64,000 nucleotides of DNA from Eledone cirrhosa (GCA_964016885.1 OZ024742.1:361832001-361896000), one strand, 5' to 3'. Positions 15,959 to 29,218 are shown, numbered from the stretch's first letter. Translations and numbers: made by a program. The notes: a model not told the origin generated them from the sequence alone.

Positions 15959-15989
<31 letters not shown>

Positions 15990-16076
15990 GTGTGTGAGTA
16001 TATATATATATATATATATGTATATGTATATATATGTATATGTATATATATGTATATATATATATGTATATATATG

Positions 16077-16108
<32 letters not shown>

Positions 16109-16498
16109 TATATGTGTGTGAGTATATATATATATATATATATGTATATGTATATATATGTATATATATATATGTATATATATATGTGTGTATATGTGTA
16201 TATGTATATATATATGTATATATGTATATGTATATATATATATGTATATATATATATGTATGTATATGTATATATATGTGTATATATATATATATGTATA
16301 TATATATGTGTATATATATATATATGTGTATATATATATATGTATATATATATGTATATATATATATGTGTATATATATATATATATGTATGTGTATATA
16401 TGTATATATGTGTATATATATGTATATATATATATATATGTGTGTGAGTATATATATATATATATATGTGTATATATATATATGTATATGTATATATG

Positions 16499-16529
<31 letters not shown>

Positions 16530-16530
16530 G

Positions 16531-16607
<77 letters not shown>

Positions 16608-16786
16608 ATATATATATATATGTATATATATATGTATATATGTGTGTATATATATATATATGTATATGGATATATATATATATGTATATATATATATATG
16701 TATATATGTATGTGTATATATGTATATATATATGTATATATATATATATATGTATATATATGTATATATGTATATGTATATATATG

Positions 16787-16818
<32 letters not shown>

Positions 16819-16850
16819 TATGTATATATGTTACCATATATATATATGTA
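15800..16850. repeat. Compound (TA)n/(ATGT)n/(TG)n microsatellite expanded from the R1 tail
   Basis: Directly visible. Confidence 0.95.
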
Positions 16851-16855
16851 TATGT

Positions 16856-17438
16856 TACCAGTACAACCTGTCTCATGGTCGTTGGCGACTAAACTGGCAA
16901 CCCCACCAAGGTTTCTTGGTGAGGTGGGTGACTTTGGACATCCTGCAGGACTAAAAACAAAACCTGTTAAAGGGCAAAGGAGCTCTTAAGAGTCAATGGC
17001 CATCCAAAATCACCGGGAGAGATGACCCCTTAGCCTTTGTCAAGGCAGAATTCTAGGAGAAGGAAAACTCTGATATAACACCTGCAACCCTGATGGTATC
17101 CAATGATGTTGACTTGTTCTTCTTTTTGGTAAATATCATCTTGGTTAAGAGAGTGGGACTGGCTTTGTGCAGTGCCTTTGCTCACTATAAAAGCTTCACG
17201 GCACAGGCATTGCTTTATATCTGGAGATCTCTCTGCACTTGTCCTCACATGGTACCATGGGCCCAGCACTATGTGTCAATAATTGTCACAAGTGTAGTGT
17301 TTGTACCAGAGTTTTCAAGTCGCTGGCTGGACTAAAAAGTCACACTCGTTCAGCGCTTCGGTAGGGGTTCTCCTACATGGATATAAAGTGGTGGCCGTAC
17401 TCGAAAACGAGTTGGCAGCCACCATGTATGTATGTATG
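16856..17438 (+). mobile_element. R1 copy 3
   Basis: Matches 14673-15250. Ends GGCAGCCACCATGTATGTATG. Confidence 0.85.
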
Positions 17439-18120
17439 TTTTTTGTCCTGCAGGGTGTCCAAAATCACCCTCCTCACCAAGTAAACTTGGTGGGGTTGCC
17501 GGTTTAGTCGCCGACGACCCGACCATGCGACAGGTTGTACTGGGTTACATGTTACCAGTAACACTCAAGAGTGATCTGACAAAGGGCGGAAGAACTCATA
17601 AGGGTCAACGTCCATCCAAAAATGTGTAAATATGTATATACACATGTACATGTGTGTGTATATGTGTATATGCATGGGTGCATACGTATGTATATGCGCG
17701 GGGACATAGAAATAGTCGGGCTGGACACCCGATCGCGCCGTTAAACCACTGGGAGTGAAGGATTCCTAGCCTTTCTCAGGGCATTCTTCTAGGAGAAGGC
17801 AACTCAGGAAACTGCGATAACTCCGATATGAAACCTGCGGCTCAGTAGTTACCGATGATGTTGATCTTTTCTTCTTTTCGGGTTATAGCTACTGTCGCTC
17901 AGAGAGTGGGATTGGCTCAGTGCACAGTCTTTCGTCACTTTAAAAAATATCTTCACGCACAAGCATTGCACGATAGAATTAATTAATAATTATTAATAAT
18001 GGTATATCGTGCAATGGCCATACTCGATAACGAAGGGGCAGCCATCATCATCATGTATGTATGTATGTATGTATGTATGTATGTATGTATGTATGTATGT
18101 ATGTATGTATGTATGTATCT
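17439..18120 (+). mobile_element. Non-autonomous RTE derivative, family R2, with 5' inversion
   Basis: 17439-17574 is the reverse complement of the R2 5' end. The remainder is colinear with the intact copy at 45945-46660. ATGT tail. Confidence 0.8.
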
Positions 18121-18382
18121 ATGTATATGTGCATGTATGTATGTATGTATGTATATATGTACGTATGTTTATAATTAACTGTGTTATTGGTACACACATT
18201 TGCTTATCAATGTACATCTTGACACAGATATAAAACTACAGACATAATTACATAATTATGTGATAAGCAGTAGATACACTACAGGTAATCATTGTTAGGA
18301 AAGACTGATACTGGAGACAAAGAATATATTACAGTTAATTATGTTTTAACTAATTACATGTGATAATTAACTATAACATAAA

Positions 18383-19231
18383 AAAAACACTCCTCACTGA
18401 TTAACCTCGATGTCACGTGATTGATTCTTTTGAATTTGCCACCGACGCAGTAGGCAGTGATTTTTTCAATGGCTTGGAACTTAGTCCACGCTTTGCTTTT
18501 TTCCATCCACTGAATTATTTTTGTATAAGTTACCTGTGTCCACGCATTTCCTGGAAACTTAGCTGAGAATAGACTTCCCGATTGACGAAAGGCTTCTCCG
18601 TACGTTTCTTCGGAAACTATGTTTATTCCCTTTCAGAAACTAATTAGTTGCAGTGAAATTTGAGTAAGTAAGTTAATTTTTATAATTTTCTTATTTTACG
18701 TCTAGCATATTATTTTTCTGCATCCCCATGCATTGAACCACAAAGTTAGTAAGACAAAACCTATATATTTGCTGGCATAGGTATGCATCTGTATATATAT
18801 GTTAGTAGATATACTTATTCTTTATAATTATCTCCAAATTATTTTGTCGAGCCAAAATTGGCCAAAACTGCTACTATAGTTCATAGTAACGGTTTGGCTG
18901 CTGTCTTCTTAACAAAACACTCCTCACTGATTAACCTCGATGTCACGTGATTGATTCTTTTGAATTTGCCACCGACGCAGTAGGCAGTGATTTTTTCAAT
19001 GGCTTGGAACTTAGTCCACGCTTTGCTTTTTTCATCCACTGAATTATTTTTGTATAAGTTACCTGTGTCCACGCATTGCCTGGAAAATTAGCTGAGAATA
19101 GACTTCCCTGATGACGAAAGGCTTCTCCGTACGTTTCTTCGAAAACTATGTTTATTCCCTTTCAGAAACTAATTAGTTGGAGTGAAATTTTAGTAAGTAA
19201 GTTAATTTTTATAATTTTCTCATTTTACCTC

Positions 19232-19235
<4 letters not shown>
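18383..19235. repeat. ~320 bp direct repeat pair (18383-18700 and 18914-19232) with ~210 bp spacer
   Basis: Near-identical copies, ending at (TA)n. The second contains CTGATGA...GAAA. Confidence 0.8.
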
Positions 19236-19278
<43 letters not shown>

Positions 19279-19367
19279 CAAAAGGGATATTTAATTTGTT
19301 GGTAAATATATATATTTATAACTGATTCGAAGCACTCGACATGTTTTCTGGAGTATAATATAAATAT

Positions 19368-19695
19368 AATAAATGGAAACTATATTTATAAAACCATATT
19401 TATTCTCTTATATATATTTCAAGGGTACCAAAACTTTGGTACGCTCTCATCAGATAATATACAAAGTTGGTTTTATAAATATTGACATATCCAGGAAGGA
19501 GAACTTAAAGATTTTCCTGCAAAAACTTGAACCGTTAAGATCTCCTTCCTGGATATGTCAATAGTTTCCATTTATTAATATCATTGTTATATATATATAC
19601 ATATATATTTTGCCAGCATAACTCTGGTTTTGCGTTTCGTTTCGCTTTTTCTACCCGCCGAAATGCCATTCTCGCTGAATTTATATTTATATACA

Positions 19696-19759
<64 letters not shown>

Positions 19760-20040
19760 GATATTAAACAAATGGAAACTATATTTATAAAACCATATTT
19801 ATTTCATTATACATATTTCAGGGATACCATATTAAAATATGGCATGCCTTCGTCAGATAAAATACAATATATAAACAGTTTTATAAATAATTTTATAAAT
19901 AATTATTTATAAAACTGTTTATATATTGTATTTTATCTGACGAAGGCATGCCATATTTTAATATGGTATCCCTAAAATATGTATAATGAAATAAATATGG
20001 TTTTATAAATATAGTTTCCATTTGTTTAATATCGTATATC
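19368..20040. mobile_element. PLE pLTR-like inverted units, family H4, with hammerhead ribozymes
   Basis: Palindrome 19755-20040 and a diverged relative at 19368-19590. Both carry CTGAnGA...GAAA on the minus strand. Confidence 0.75.
19802..19862 (-). ncRNA. Complete minimal type I hammerhead ribozyme
   Basis: Minus strand: TTTAT-CTGACGA-AGGCATGCCATATT-tt-AATATGGTATCCCT-GAAA-TATGTA-TA-ATGAA. Confidence 0.8.
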
Positions 20041-20121
20041 TACTCCAAAAACTTGTTGAGTGCTTTATATCAGTTATAAAATATTTACTTGTTGTAACCC
20101 AACAATTTTAAATAAAACTTT

Positions 20122-20219
<98 letters not shown>

Positions 20220-20695
20220 GACAGCGAGAGAGAGAGCGAAAGAGAGAGAGAGAAATTGAAAAAGAGACATAGTGGAAGAATCGATACCAGTGCGAGACTG
20301 GTAAGTAATTTTACTGACCTCAAAGGGAGGGAAGGTAAAGTTCAAGGTCAGTGTTCTTAGAACTCAGAGTACAGCAAACCGGACAACAAGCGGGGCATTT
20401 AATCCGATGCTCTAACGAACAACTATTCAATGCCTAAAAACATTAAAAAGAAGATGGAGGATGGATGATTATGAATAATCGAATGATATTTCACGTGTTT
20501 TTGCTTTATCTGGAGTGAAAATTACAATGAAAACAACATGGAAGATTTATAGTCTCACAAAAATGTTGAAACTGTCAAAATGTGTGAATTTCTTCCTTGA
20601 AAATTGTAATTAATTGCCTCAAGTCCATTGTTTAAAGATTTCTCTCTTGAAAAAGACTGATAATCTCATCCGATTATCGTCTTTCTACTTGTGAA

Positions 20696-20945
20696 GGCGC
20701 ATGGCTTAGTGGTTAGAGCATCGGGCTTACAGTTTACTGAGCTGTAGAAATGAGTTTCAACGTCACGGGTGCCAAGGTGTATCGGCCATTGCCTTTCCGT
20801 TGGATAACATCAGTGGTGGGGAGACTGGTGGTCTTCCACAAACAACTTTGCTCGGACTTGTGCCTCCCATGGTCATTGGTGACCGAAGGGGAGGTGTGTC
20901 TTTATGTTTTAGTTGTGAGAGTCTGTACTCTGGAAATACCAAATT
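20696..20945 (+). mobile_element. Degenerate tRNA-derived SINE (family S3)
   Basis: GGCGCATGGCTTAGTGGTTAGAGCA (A box) and a decayed B box GAGTTTCAA. Confidence 0.55.
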
Positions 20946-20959
20946 GTTGTTACACCATG

Positions 20960-21550
20960 GCTGTGGTGGTTGTGGTGGTGTTGGTGGTTGTTGTGGTTGT
21001 GGTGGTTATGGTGGTTGAGGTGGTTGTGGTGGTTGTGGTGGTGGTGGTGTTTGTGGTGGTTTTGGTGGTTGTGGTGGTTGTGGTGGTTGTGGTGGTTGTG
21101 GTGGTGGTTGTTGTGGTGGCTGTGGTGGTTGTGGTGGTTGTGGTGGTGGTGGTGGTGGTGGTGGTGGTTGTTGTGGTTGTGGTGGTTGTGGTTGTGGTGG
21201 TGGTTGTGGTGGTTGTGGTGGTGGTTGTGGTGGTGGTTGTTGTGGCTGTGGTGTTTGTGGTGGTTTTGGTGGTGGTGGTGGTTGTGGTGTTTGTGGTGGT
21301 TGTGGTGGTTGTGGTGGTGGTGGTGGTGATGGTGGTGGTTGTGGTGGTTGTGGTGGTTGTGGTGGTTGAGGTGGTTGTGGTGGTTGTGGTGGTTGAGGTG
21401 GTTGTGGTGGATGTGGTGGCTGTGGTGGTTGTGGTGGTTGTGGTGGTTATGGTGGTTGAGGTGGTTGTGGTGGTTGTGGTGTTGGTTGTGGTGGTTGTGG
21501 TGGCTGTGGTGGTGGTTGTGGTGGCTGTGGTGGTGGTTGTGGTGGCTGGG
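20960..21550. repeat. Degenerate (GTG/GTT) trinucleotide repeat with GTGGTGGTT periodicity
   Basis: Directly visible. Explains the poly-Val and poly-Trp pseudo-ORFs. Confidence 0.95.
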
Positions 21551-21735
21551 GTTTTGTTGCCTTCAAGTTAAACGAGGGACAATTGGAATGAACGAGACAT
21601 TTTAGAGAGACTGTTAACATGAAGTAAAATGGCGCTTTGAAGTTAGGTTGGTGAGAATGTCCTAATAGGGAATGGGAGGGGGGGGGGGCGTAGATAGAGA
21701 AGAAAAGAAAGTATGACAAAGAAAGAAAGAAAGGA

Positions 21736-21821
<86 letters not shown>

Positions 21822-23039
21822 TTAAATAAAAAGTAATGGGGAGAAGAAGCGGTGGAGATAGGAAGGGAGAAGGAGAGAGATAGGATATATTTGAGATAGA
21901 GATAAATAAAGGGGGAAAAGAAATTTAGAAATATGGTGAGATGGGAAAGGTGTATGTAGAAAGAAAGAGGGGGAGGGAGGGAGAGAGAGAGAGACAGAGA
22001 CATAGAGAGAGAAGAATCTTGAGATGTAGAGAAGGATAAAAAAGAGATAGAGTTAAAAAAGCAAGGGAGAAAGGAAGGAAACAGAGGAAAATGAGAGAGA
22101 TAGAGAAAAGTATCGAGGTAGAGAGAGGTAAAGAAAGAGCGAAAGTAGCAGAGAGAGAGAGAGAGAACGAGAAGGAGAGAGTGTGAGAGAAAGTGAGAGA
22201 TTGGTATTGAAGTAGAAAGCAAGAGAGAGAAAGTGATAGGATAATGAAGTTAATCCTGACAAGCTTTCAATGAAGTGTTATAAAAGTTTCAAACATTCTT
22301 CTTCTTCTTCTCACTCCCCGACCCAATCCCCCTCCCCCCTCCCCCTCCATGGGAGATGCAGTCTTTTAATAAAATATTGTTGAAAGACACCACCGATTAA
22401 TGTAAAGATTAATGTAAATGTTGTGTCATGTCCAAAGTTTGGAAGTTTCAGGAAGCCATTTCAGTAAAGTGTTGTTAACCACTTCAACTTTCCTGTTGTT
22501 TCTTTCACCGGCGAAAGAAATAGAACTCCTAAACACATGCCATATGTTTACTAATTTCAAATGGAAAATTTGCAAATGTGTTGATAATAATTTTGAAGAA
22601 ATAGTGTTGATAATAATTTTGTAGAAATAGTGTTGATAATAATTGTGTAGAAATAGTTTTATTCAAAAATAAAAGAAAAGAATTAACAATTAATTAATAT
22701 TTGCATAATTAAAAAAAAATGAAAAAGGAAGAGAAAACAATTACAACTAAAACTGCTGTTGCTGTTGTTGCTGTTGTTGCTGCTACTGCTGCCACTGTTG
22801 TTTCTGTTGTTGCTGTTGTTGCTGTTGCGGCTGTTAGTGCTGCTGCTGTTGCTGCTGTTGTTGATGCTGCTGTGTCATGTGACTTCACTGCAGACTAACA
22901 GACAAACAGTTGAATAAGTTATTTAACGAAATCACTTAAACTTTATCTCTACAAAATACTTCAGCAATGCTGGTATAGTCACTGCCTTACTTCCTCTCGC
23001 TTTCCCCATCCCTCACTATTATATGCAAATGGGGTCTCA

Positions 23040-23190
23040 CGCGCTGGCCGACCCGTGGCCTCGGCGGAGAGAATAGGGAAGGCGTTTCCCCGGAAGATAA
23101 TAAGGGAGACGCTTTGGAAGAGCCACGCAAGGCGGGTAGCCAACTCTGAAAGTAAGGGAAAGGGAGGCGCGGCAGACTTTACAGCCGCTG
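23040..23190 (-). pseudogene. CRE-clade non-LTR retrotransposon 3' remnant (end of RLE domain)
   Basis: Minus-strand frame reads LLSELATRLAWLFQSVSLIIFRGNAFPILSA, matching the recalled CRE C-terminal pattern WLFQRxSxxIxRGNAxxIL. Confidence 0.65.
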
Positions 23191-24089
23191 GAATTCTTTA
23201 CATTATGGTGTTAGATATATTGATATTGATTTGGTATTGAGGGTTATTGAACGTCGTTTGTCTGAATGACAGGAAATGATAAACACGCTGAAGTACCCAG
23301 CTTCGCCAGGGTAAACAGATGATAAGAGAAGACAAGTAGAAGAGAAAACGATTATATTGGATGTTTGTCTGGTTTACAGTAGGAGACGAGAATGTGGTAT
23401 GTGTGTATGTGACAAAAAGAAAACAAAAACAGTCAAAAATCTTACAGATGTACCAGATTCTTCGTTTTAACGTTCGTGCATGGTATATGAATATTTTTAG
23501 GTATTCCCACTCGTGAACAACCTACATATAACTGTCCATGGGTAAACTGTGATTCTCTCATATTCAATCCTACAACTTTGAGATTCTGAGTCTGAGCTTT
23601 ATTTATAGTCATAGCAAACGTGACTCTAAAAGGGAACTGATGTCTTGAAAATTTGAATGGCAGCTCGATAGAGGAAGGGATAAGAGGAATCTTGGGAATA
23701 AATGCATTTTACTTGATGAATAGTGACCTCCAAGAATAGTGACCTCTAAGAGATGGTTCATCATCCACCAGACTGTTAAGCGTGTATTGAGTCTATTTTA
23801 TTTCAACTTGCTCCAGCCCACCCCCTGAGTTGCACGCTTAATTCAATGGGACAGCCTAGCCACACATTGTGTTTCGCTGAATATATTCCATAAACTGCAT
23901 TAAGGAAGCACTTGCCAGTGGAATGCCCAGTCACGTATATATATATATATATATATATTTTCATAATTCTTCGGCTCTGTTTAATTACATTGAGCTATAC
24001 CTTTTACTGTCATTTCTATAATACGAAGAGGGTGTTTAACTCCAACACGCTCCAGTATTTTAATCCTTATATATATATATATATATATA

Positions 24090-26386
24090 TATAACAAAAT
24101 ACTGGTGTGTATGAATATAACAGGAGACTCAGTTGTGTATATAAAGTTTAATTAACAAGTTGAAGTTATGTAGAACAGAATTGTTGACATGTCAATGGGT
24201 AGATGAAAGAATGAAGTAAAGTTATTTGTTACCGTTTTGAAGTTAGCTCGCAAGAGACCATGATAGGGTTGCCAGACGAACGCACCTGGCCGAAGGGCCA
24301 GGAAGGATAGAAGAGAGTGAAGCATCGGCGAACGCGCCTGGCGAAGGCCAGGAGCCGAAAGGGCCGAAAGGGCAAGAGAGAGAGAGAGATCGCTCTGAGT
24401 ATCCCTTTTATAGGGTCTCAAAACGGAAGTGACAAAAAAAGTTCTGTCACCCCAACGGGAAGTAACTCCAGCTACTTCCTGTCTAGAGAGCATTAATCTA
24501 TTGGTGATGTGATTGTCACAACAAGGGAAGCAACTCTTGCTATATTATCTCCCGCCAGATTTTTAAAACATAAAAATCGAATGAATCATGTATGAAGTAA
24601 GATGGCGAGCATGTTGTAACACCAAAGTCCAGGCATGAAAATTACGAAAAAAATAATGTTTGCAATAAAAGGAAAATAGCAAAATATATGCATGCAAAAA
24701 TCAATGATAGATATCAAGGTAGCCAACCGCTCTTGGCCAGAGAACGACTGGACATCTATCTATCCATCACTCAAACATACAATGTAATCAGAGTAAAAGA
24801 AGAGGTCAAAGTTCAAAATACAGTTCACAGGTGTGCAATCACATGACAGCAGGAAAGAAAGTGTGTTCCAGAGAATGCATGCAGGTGGTTTCTGGTCTGT
24901 GGTATAACGTGAAATTTCTGTGCTGCAAAAATAAATTCTCTGGCTTGTTCTGCTGGTTTTGGTTGTTGATGTTGCTGTTGTCGCGCGGAGTGAGCGTATT
25001 CGATGTTTAAATTCACAGTAAAAATTTTCCCAGAAAAAATGAGTTGCGCAAAGTGCTAGAAATAACAGCCAAAATTGATGGTCGATATTGAGAATGCGTT
25101 GACCTGGAAGGGTCAAGAGGCCAGCGACCAAAGAAATAAGCATTCTGAATAAATGCGCAGTTTTCAACGGTAAATTTACGTGGTAAATTTTTAAACTGGC
25201 AAATAGGAGAATATAGCTTAAGGCTGGAGAATCCTTGGCAAGAAACATTATCTATGGCGTGTGGTATCTCAGTGAGTCGAGATGTGTGCTGCCCACACGT
25301 GCCGAAACAAGGTTAAAGTCAAGTTGAAAAAAAAATATATATTTCTATGGCGTGTGGTATCTCAGTGAGTCGAGATGTGTGCTGCCCACACGTGCCGAAA
25401 CAAGGTTGTTGGCAGCCATTTTGAAAAACTCGTGTGTGAACGTGATAATATGATGAAACAGAAAGAAAGGCTTCACTTGGTATAACAAATATGGCGAGTT
25501 CAACTTTTTTGTGAACGATGAAAAAAACTTGGCGGAAAGAATAAGCAATAGTTGAGATTCAGCGAAAATAAATGTTCATATTGAAATGTGTAAAAAAAAA
25601 AAAATCAAATTTCTTTTTTTTTTTTTTTAAAATGTTCGTTGTAAGGAGAAACGAAAAACATATATACATCCAGTGAAATGCGACACTTAGTTGATGTACG
25701 ACACGTGCGTGAGAGAAAAAGAGTCTGTCTGAACGAGAATTTCACATGTGCGTGTGTTCGTTTCTGTGTCTGCGTATTTTCCTAGTTTGTTAATAAAGTT
25801 TGCTGCGTATTCGAAATGTTGGTCGACACATTCCAACAAAAATGGGGTACTGCTAATTAATTTTCTCTTTTCCACACTCACACAACACCAGAACCTGTTA
25901 TTTTTTCCTTTTTTTTTTTTCGGGGTCACCACTTATAACCGAATACTAGTGTGTATGAATATAACAGGAGACTCAGTTGTGTATATAAAGTAAAATTAAC
26001 AAGTTGAAGTTATGTAGAACAGAATTGTTGACATGTCAATGGGTAGATGAAAGAATGAAGTAAAGTTATTTGTTACCGTTTTGAAGTTAGCTCGCAAGAG
26101 ACCATGATAGGGTTGCCAGGCGAACGCGCCTGGCCGAAGGACCAGGCAGGATAGAATAGAGTGAAGCATCGGCGAACGCGCCTGGCGAAGGCCAGGAGCC
26201 GAAAGGGCCGAAAGGGCAAAAGAGAGAGAGATCGCTCTGAGTATCCCTTTTATAGGGTCTCAAGACGGAAGTGACAAAAAGGGTTCCGCCACCCCAACGG
26301 GAAGTTACTCCAGCTACTTCCTGTCTAGAGAGCGTTAATCTATTGGTGATGTGATCGTCACAACAAGGGAGGTAACTCTTGCTACA
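24090..26386 (-). mobile_element. Non-autonomous LTR retroelement (~455 bp LTRs, tRNA-Trp-type PBS)
   Basis: LTRs at 25934-26386 (starts TGTAGC on -) and 24090-24544. PBS TGGTGACCCCG at 25921-25931 (-). Purine-rich GGCGGGAGA next to the 3' LTR. No pol in the 1.4 kb interior. Inserted in (TA)n. Confidence 0.85.
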
Positions 26387-26442
26387 CATATATATATATA
26401 TATATACATACATACATTAATACACACACATATATACATATA

Positions 26443-26602
26443 TAACAAAGAGGGTGTGGTAAGATATCAGGTGGACCATAACGCACCACAGTACTCAATA
26501 CTTAGGGTAGTATAGTGGGTAATAGGATACTGGTGGCTTAGTTCAGATCTAGCTGTCGAAACGGCCGGAGCTCAGCCGTCGGGGTCCTGAATGTTTTCCT
26601 AT
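26443..26602. mobile_element. Diverged family H3 unit (inverted tail plus hammerhead 3' half)
   Basis: 26443-26527 is the reverse complement of the H3 tail, followed by GTC-GAAAC-GGC...GCC-GTC-GGGGTC. Confidence 0.6.
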
Positions 26603-26631
26603 ACACACACACACATACACACACACACACA

Positions 26632-26748
<117 letters not shown>

Positions 26749-27226
26749 CGGTCTTCCTTTATTTTAGAAGTCATGTGTCATGATACCATTGAACTGCTAG
26801 ATTCGGGAAGCTAGCAGCCTATACAATTATGTTCACTTTTAAGAACAAAATGTCAAGTTTGAGCAATAGCCGAGATTGAGATACAATAGCCGAGATTGAC
26901 TAATATCTGCTGATATTAACGCACTACTCTGCATATAATACATTTAAAACTGTTAGAAGTAGAATATTGATTAGAAACGGAGTCCGTCCAGTAGGTAGAT
27001 ACGGAGGTATAATTAGCAAAACACTGCCATAATATTCACGATTTGTGTACACTGCATTTTATGCAGTTTTACGACTGCAAGCTTATGGGTCATGGCGGGA
27101 AATTGCTGAAATAAATTCGATAACTTTCGTATACTGTGTATGTATATATATATAAAGTAGTAATATATACAGAGACCAACATTTTGAGAGGACTCAATAA
27201 GAGTGATACATATATATATATATATA

Positions 27227-27363
27227 CAATGTACCCCGGCATTCGCAGAATTTTCCTTAGAATATAACTAAGAATTATTCATGGAAACCAACGCATATTC
27301 GCGGTTTTTAACTCTTCGCGGGTGCTCTAGGAACGAGACCCCGCGAATACCGGGAGACAACTG
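27227..27363. mobile_element. Tc1/mariner(pogo)-type MITE
   Basis: TA|CAATGTACCCCGGCATTCGC ... GCGAATACCGGGAGACAACTG|TA: imperfect TIRs with TA flanks. Confidence 0.55.
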
Positions 27364-27767
27364 TATGTATATACACACAACCATATATATGTATATGTGT
27401 GTGTGTGTATAAGCATGTATAAACCCGTAGGGCAAATGTTTATGTGTGTGTGTAGTGAATAATTTCATGAGACTTATAATACTAACAAGACAAGTAGTGG
27501 TTTCTACTTTAGGCAAAAGGCCAAAAATTCAGCGAAGAAGAAAACCAAGGATGAAATGAGTCTTAACTCGAATGGTTGAAGGTAAAACGTTAACAGGATT
27601 TGAAATGTAAGACATTTTGTATCCTCTCTCACGATTCTCTCAATAAAAATAATGATTTCTTTTATTGAATACACAAACACACACATATATACGCACACAT
27701 ACATACGTACACACATACACATACACGCACACACACGCGCACACACACACACACACAAACACACACA

Positions 27768-27829
<62 letters not shown>

Positions 27830-28167
27830 AGAACACGCATAATCACACAAGTACATACGTATGCACACATACACATGCACTTACATACACACATGCACTT
27901 ACATACACACACGCATATACATATGCACGTGCACACACACACAAACACACATACACATACATGCCCACGTAACATACGCACACATAACCACGCACAAAGA
28001 GAAATGCTCAAAACAAAAATTGGAAGTAATTGCAGGTGAATATTGGGAGAGATAATCGATACATTAAATCGATTATAACGACCTTGTGTATCAATTAGAA
28101 ATCACACAAGCCGAAATATTATAGAAATAATATCAATAACTATTGGTAAAGAATGTTCCGACGACGA

Positions 28168-29162
28168 GAGTTATCAGCATAGAGGACTGTGTTCAGATGC
28201 AGAAAAACAACCTGCACAAATACGTGACTGACAGTAAGGAGCCAATGCTCAGAATTGTACTGAAGGAGAGGACAATAGACCATGGGGTGTCCAAGGAGGA
28301 AATAACAGCAAGGAGGAAGAGCAACCTTCATGAAAAATCCCTTCATAGTACCTTCTTTGAGAAAACGGAATCCAGAAATCCACAGATATGGAACTGGTTA
28401 AAAAGAGGAGACCTTAAAAAGTCTACAGAAGGAATACTAATGGCTGCGCAAGAGCAGGCACTCATAACGAAGTGGGTGAAACACCATATTTACAAGGAGG
28501 AGGCTAGCCCACTGTGTAGGATCTGTGGAGAGAGAGAGGAGACTGTGGCACATATTGTATCCGAGTGTAAACACCTAGCGCAGACTCACTATAAAGGCTG
28601 GAGACATGATGTGATGGGCAGGGTGATCCACTGGCACCTATGCAAAGTAAACAATTTACCACATTCTGAGAAGTGGTATGAGCATAAGCCAGAGTCGGTG
28701 ATAGAAAACGATCAGGTGACGGTGCTATGGGATTTTAGGATACAGACGGACAAGAAACTGGAACACAATAGACCTTACCTGGTGGTTTTCGACAAGGAAA
28801 AAAGATCATGCCTGATTGTAGATGTAGCCTGCCCATTTGACACGAGAGTGCAAAAAAAAAAAAGAGTGGGAGAAAATTAACCGATACCAGGACTTAAAGT
28901 GGAAGTTAAAAAGTATTTGGAACTGCCATGAAGTCAAAGTGGTCCCAATTGTCATAGGCGCACTAGGTACTATCTCAAAGATTTCCAAGGATGGTTAAAG
29001 AAAATTAGTCCAGCTCCGCCTTTTGGAACACTTTAAAAGCATGCTTGCTGGGAACAGCAAGAACCCTCCGATACGTCCTGAATATCTGTGGCTGCAGGTA
29101 GCGGCTTGATATTCATTTCAACAAACTTTCCAGTTAAATAACATCAATGACTGAGACTCAAA

Positions 29163-29218
<56 letters not shown>
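28168..29218 (+). mobile_element. R4/Dong-type family A, 5'-truncated diverged copy with (TAA)n tail
   Basis: ORF 28143-28880 has CRICG...HIVSEC and the RLE region. Frameshift in an A-run at ~28860. 3' UTR matches 33170-33245. Followed by (TAA)n. Confidence 0.9.

Noticed and set aside
15705-16989. Long YI/MYVC/HT-rich ORFs here and throughout the ORF track
   Set aside because: Translations of (TA)n, (ATGT)n and (CA)n repeats, which lack stop codons.
20696-20770. tRNA gene
   Set aside because: A box is present but there is no cloverleaf, and it continues into a SINE body.
20750-21605. Poly-Val/Trp ORFs, and poly-Leu/Val/Thr ORFs at 39893-40542
   Set aside because: Trinucleotide repeats open in several frames, with no splice or domain support.
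22753-22875. Poly-Gln/Ala/Thr exon on the minus strand
   Set aside because: Low-complexity tract with no convincing donor site or unique coding sequence.
22991-23145. Minus-strand host exon (TTTCAG...GTAAGG) or octamer ATGCAAAT promoter
   Set aside because: Better explained by the CRE C-terminal peptide, which runs through the supposed acceptor.
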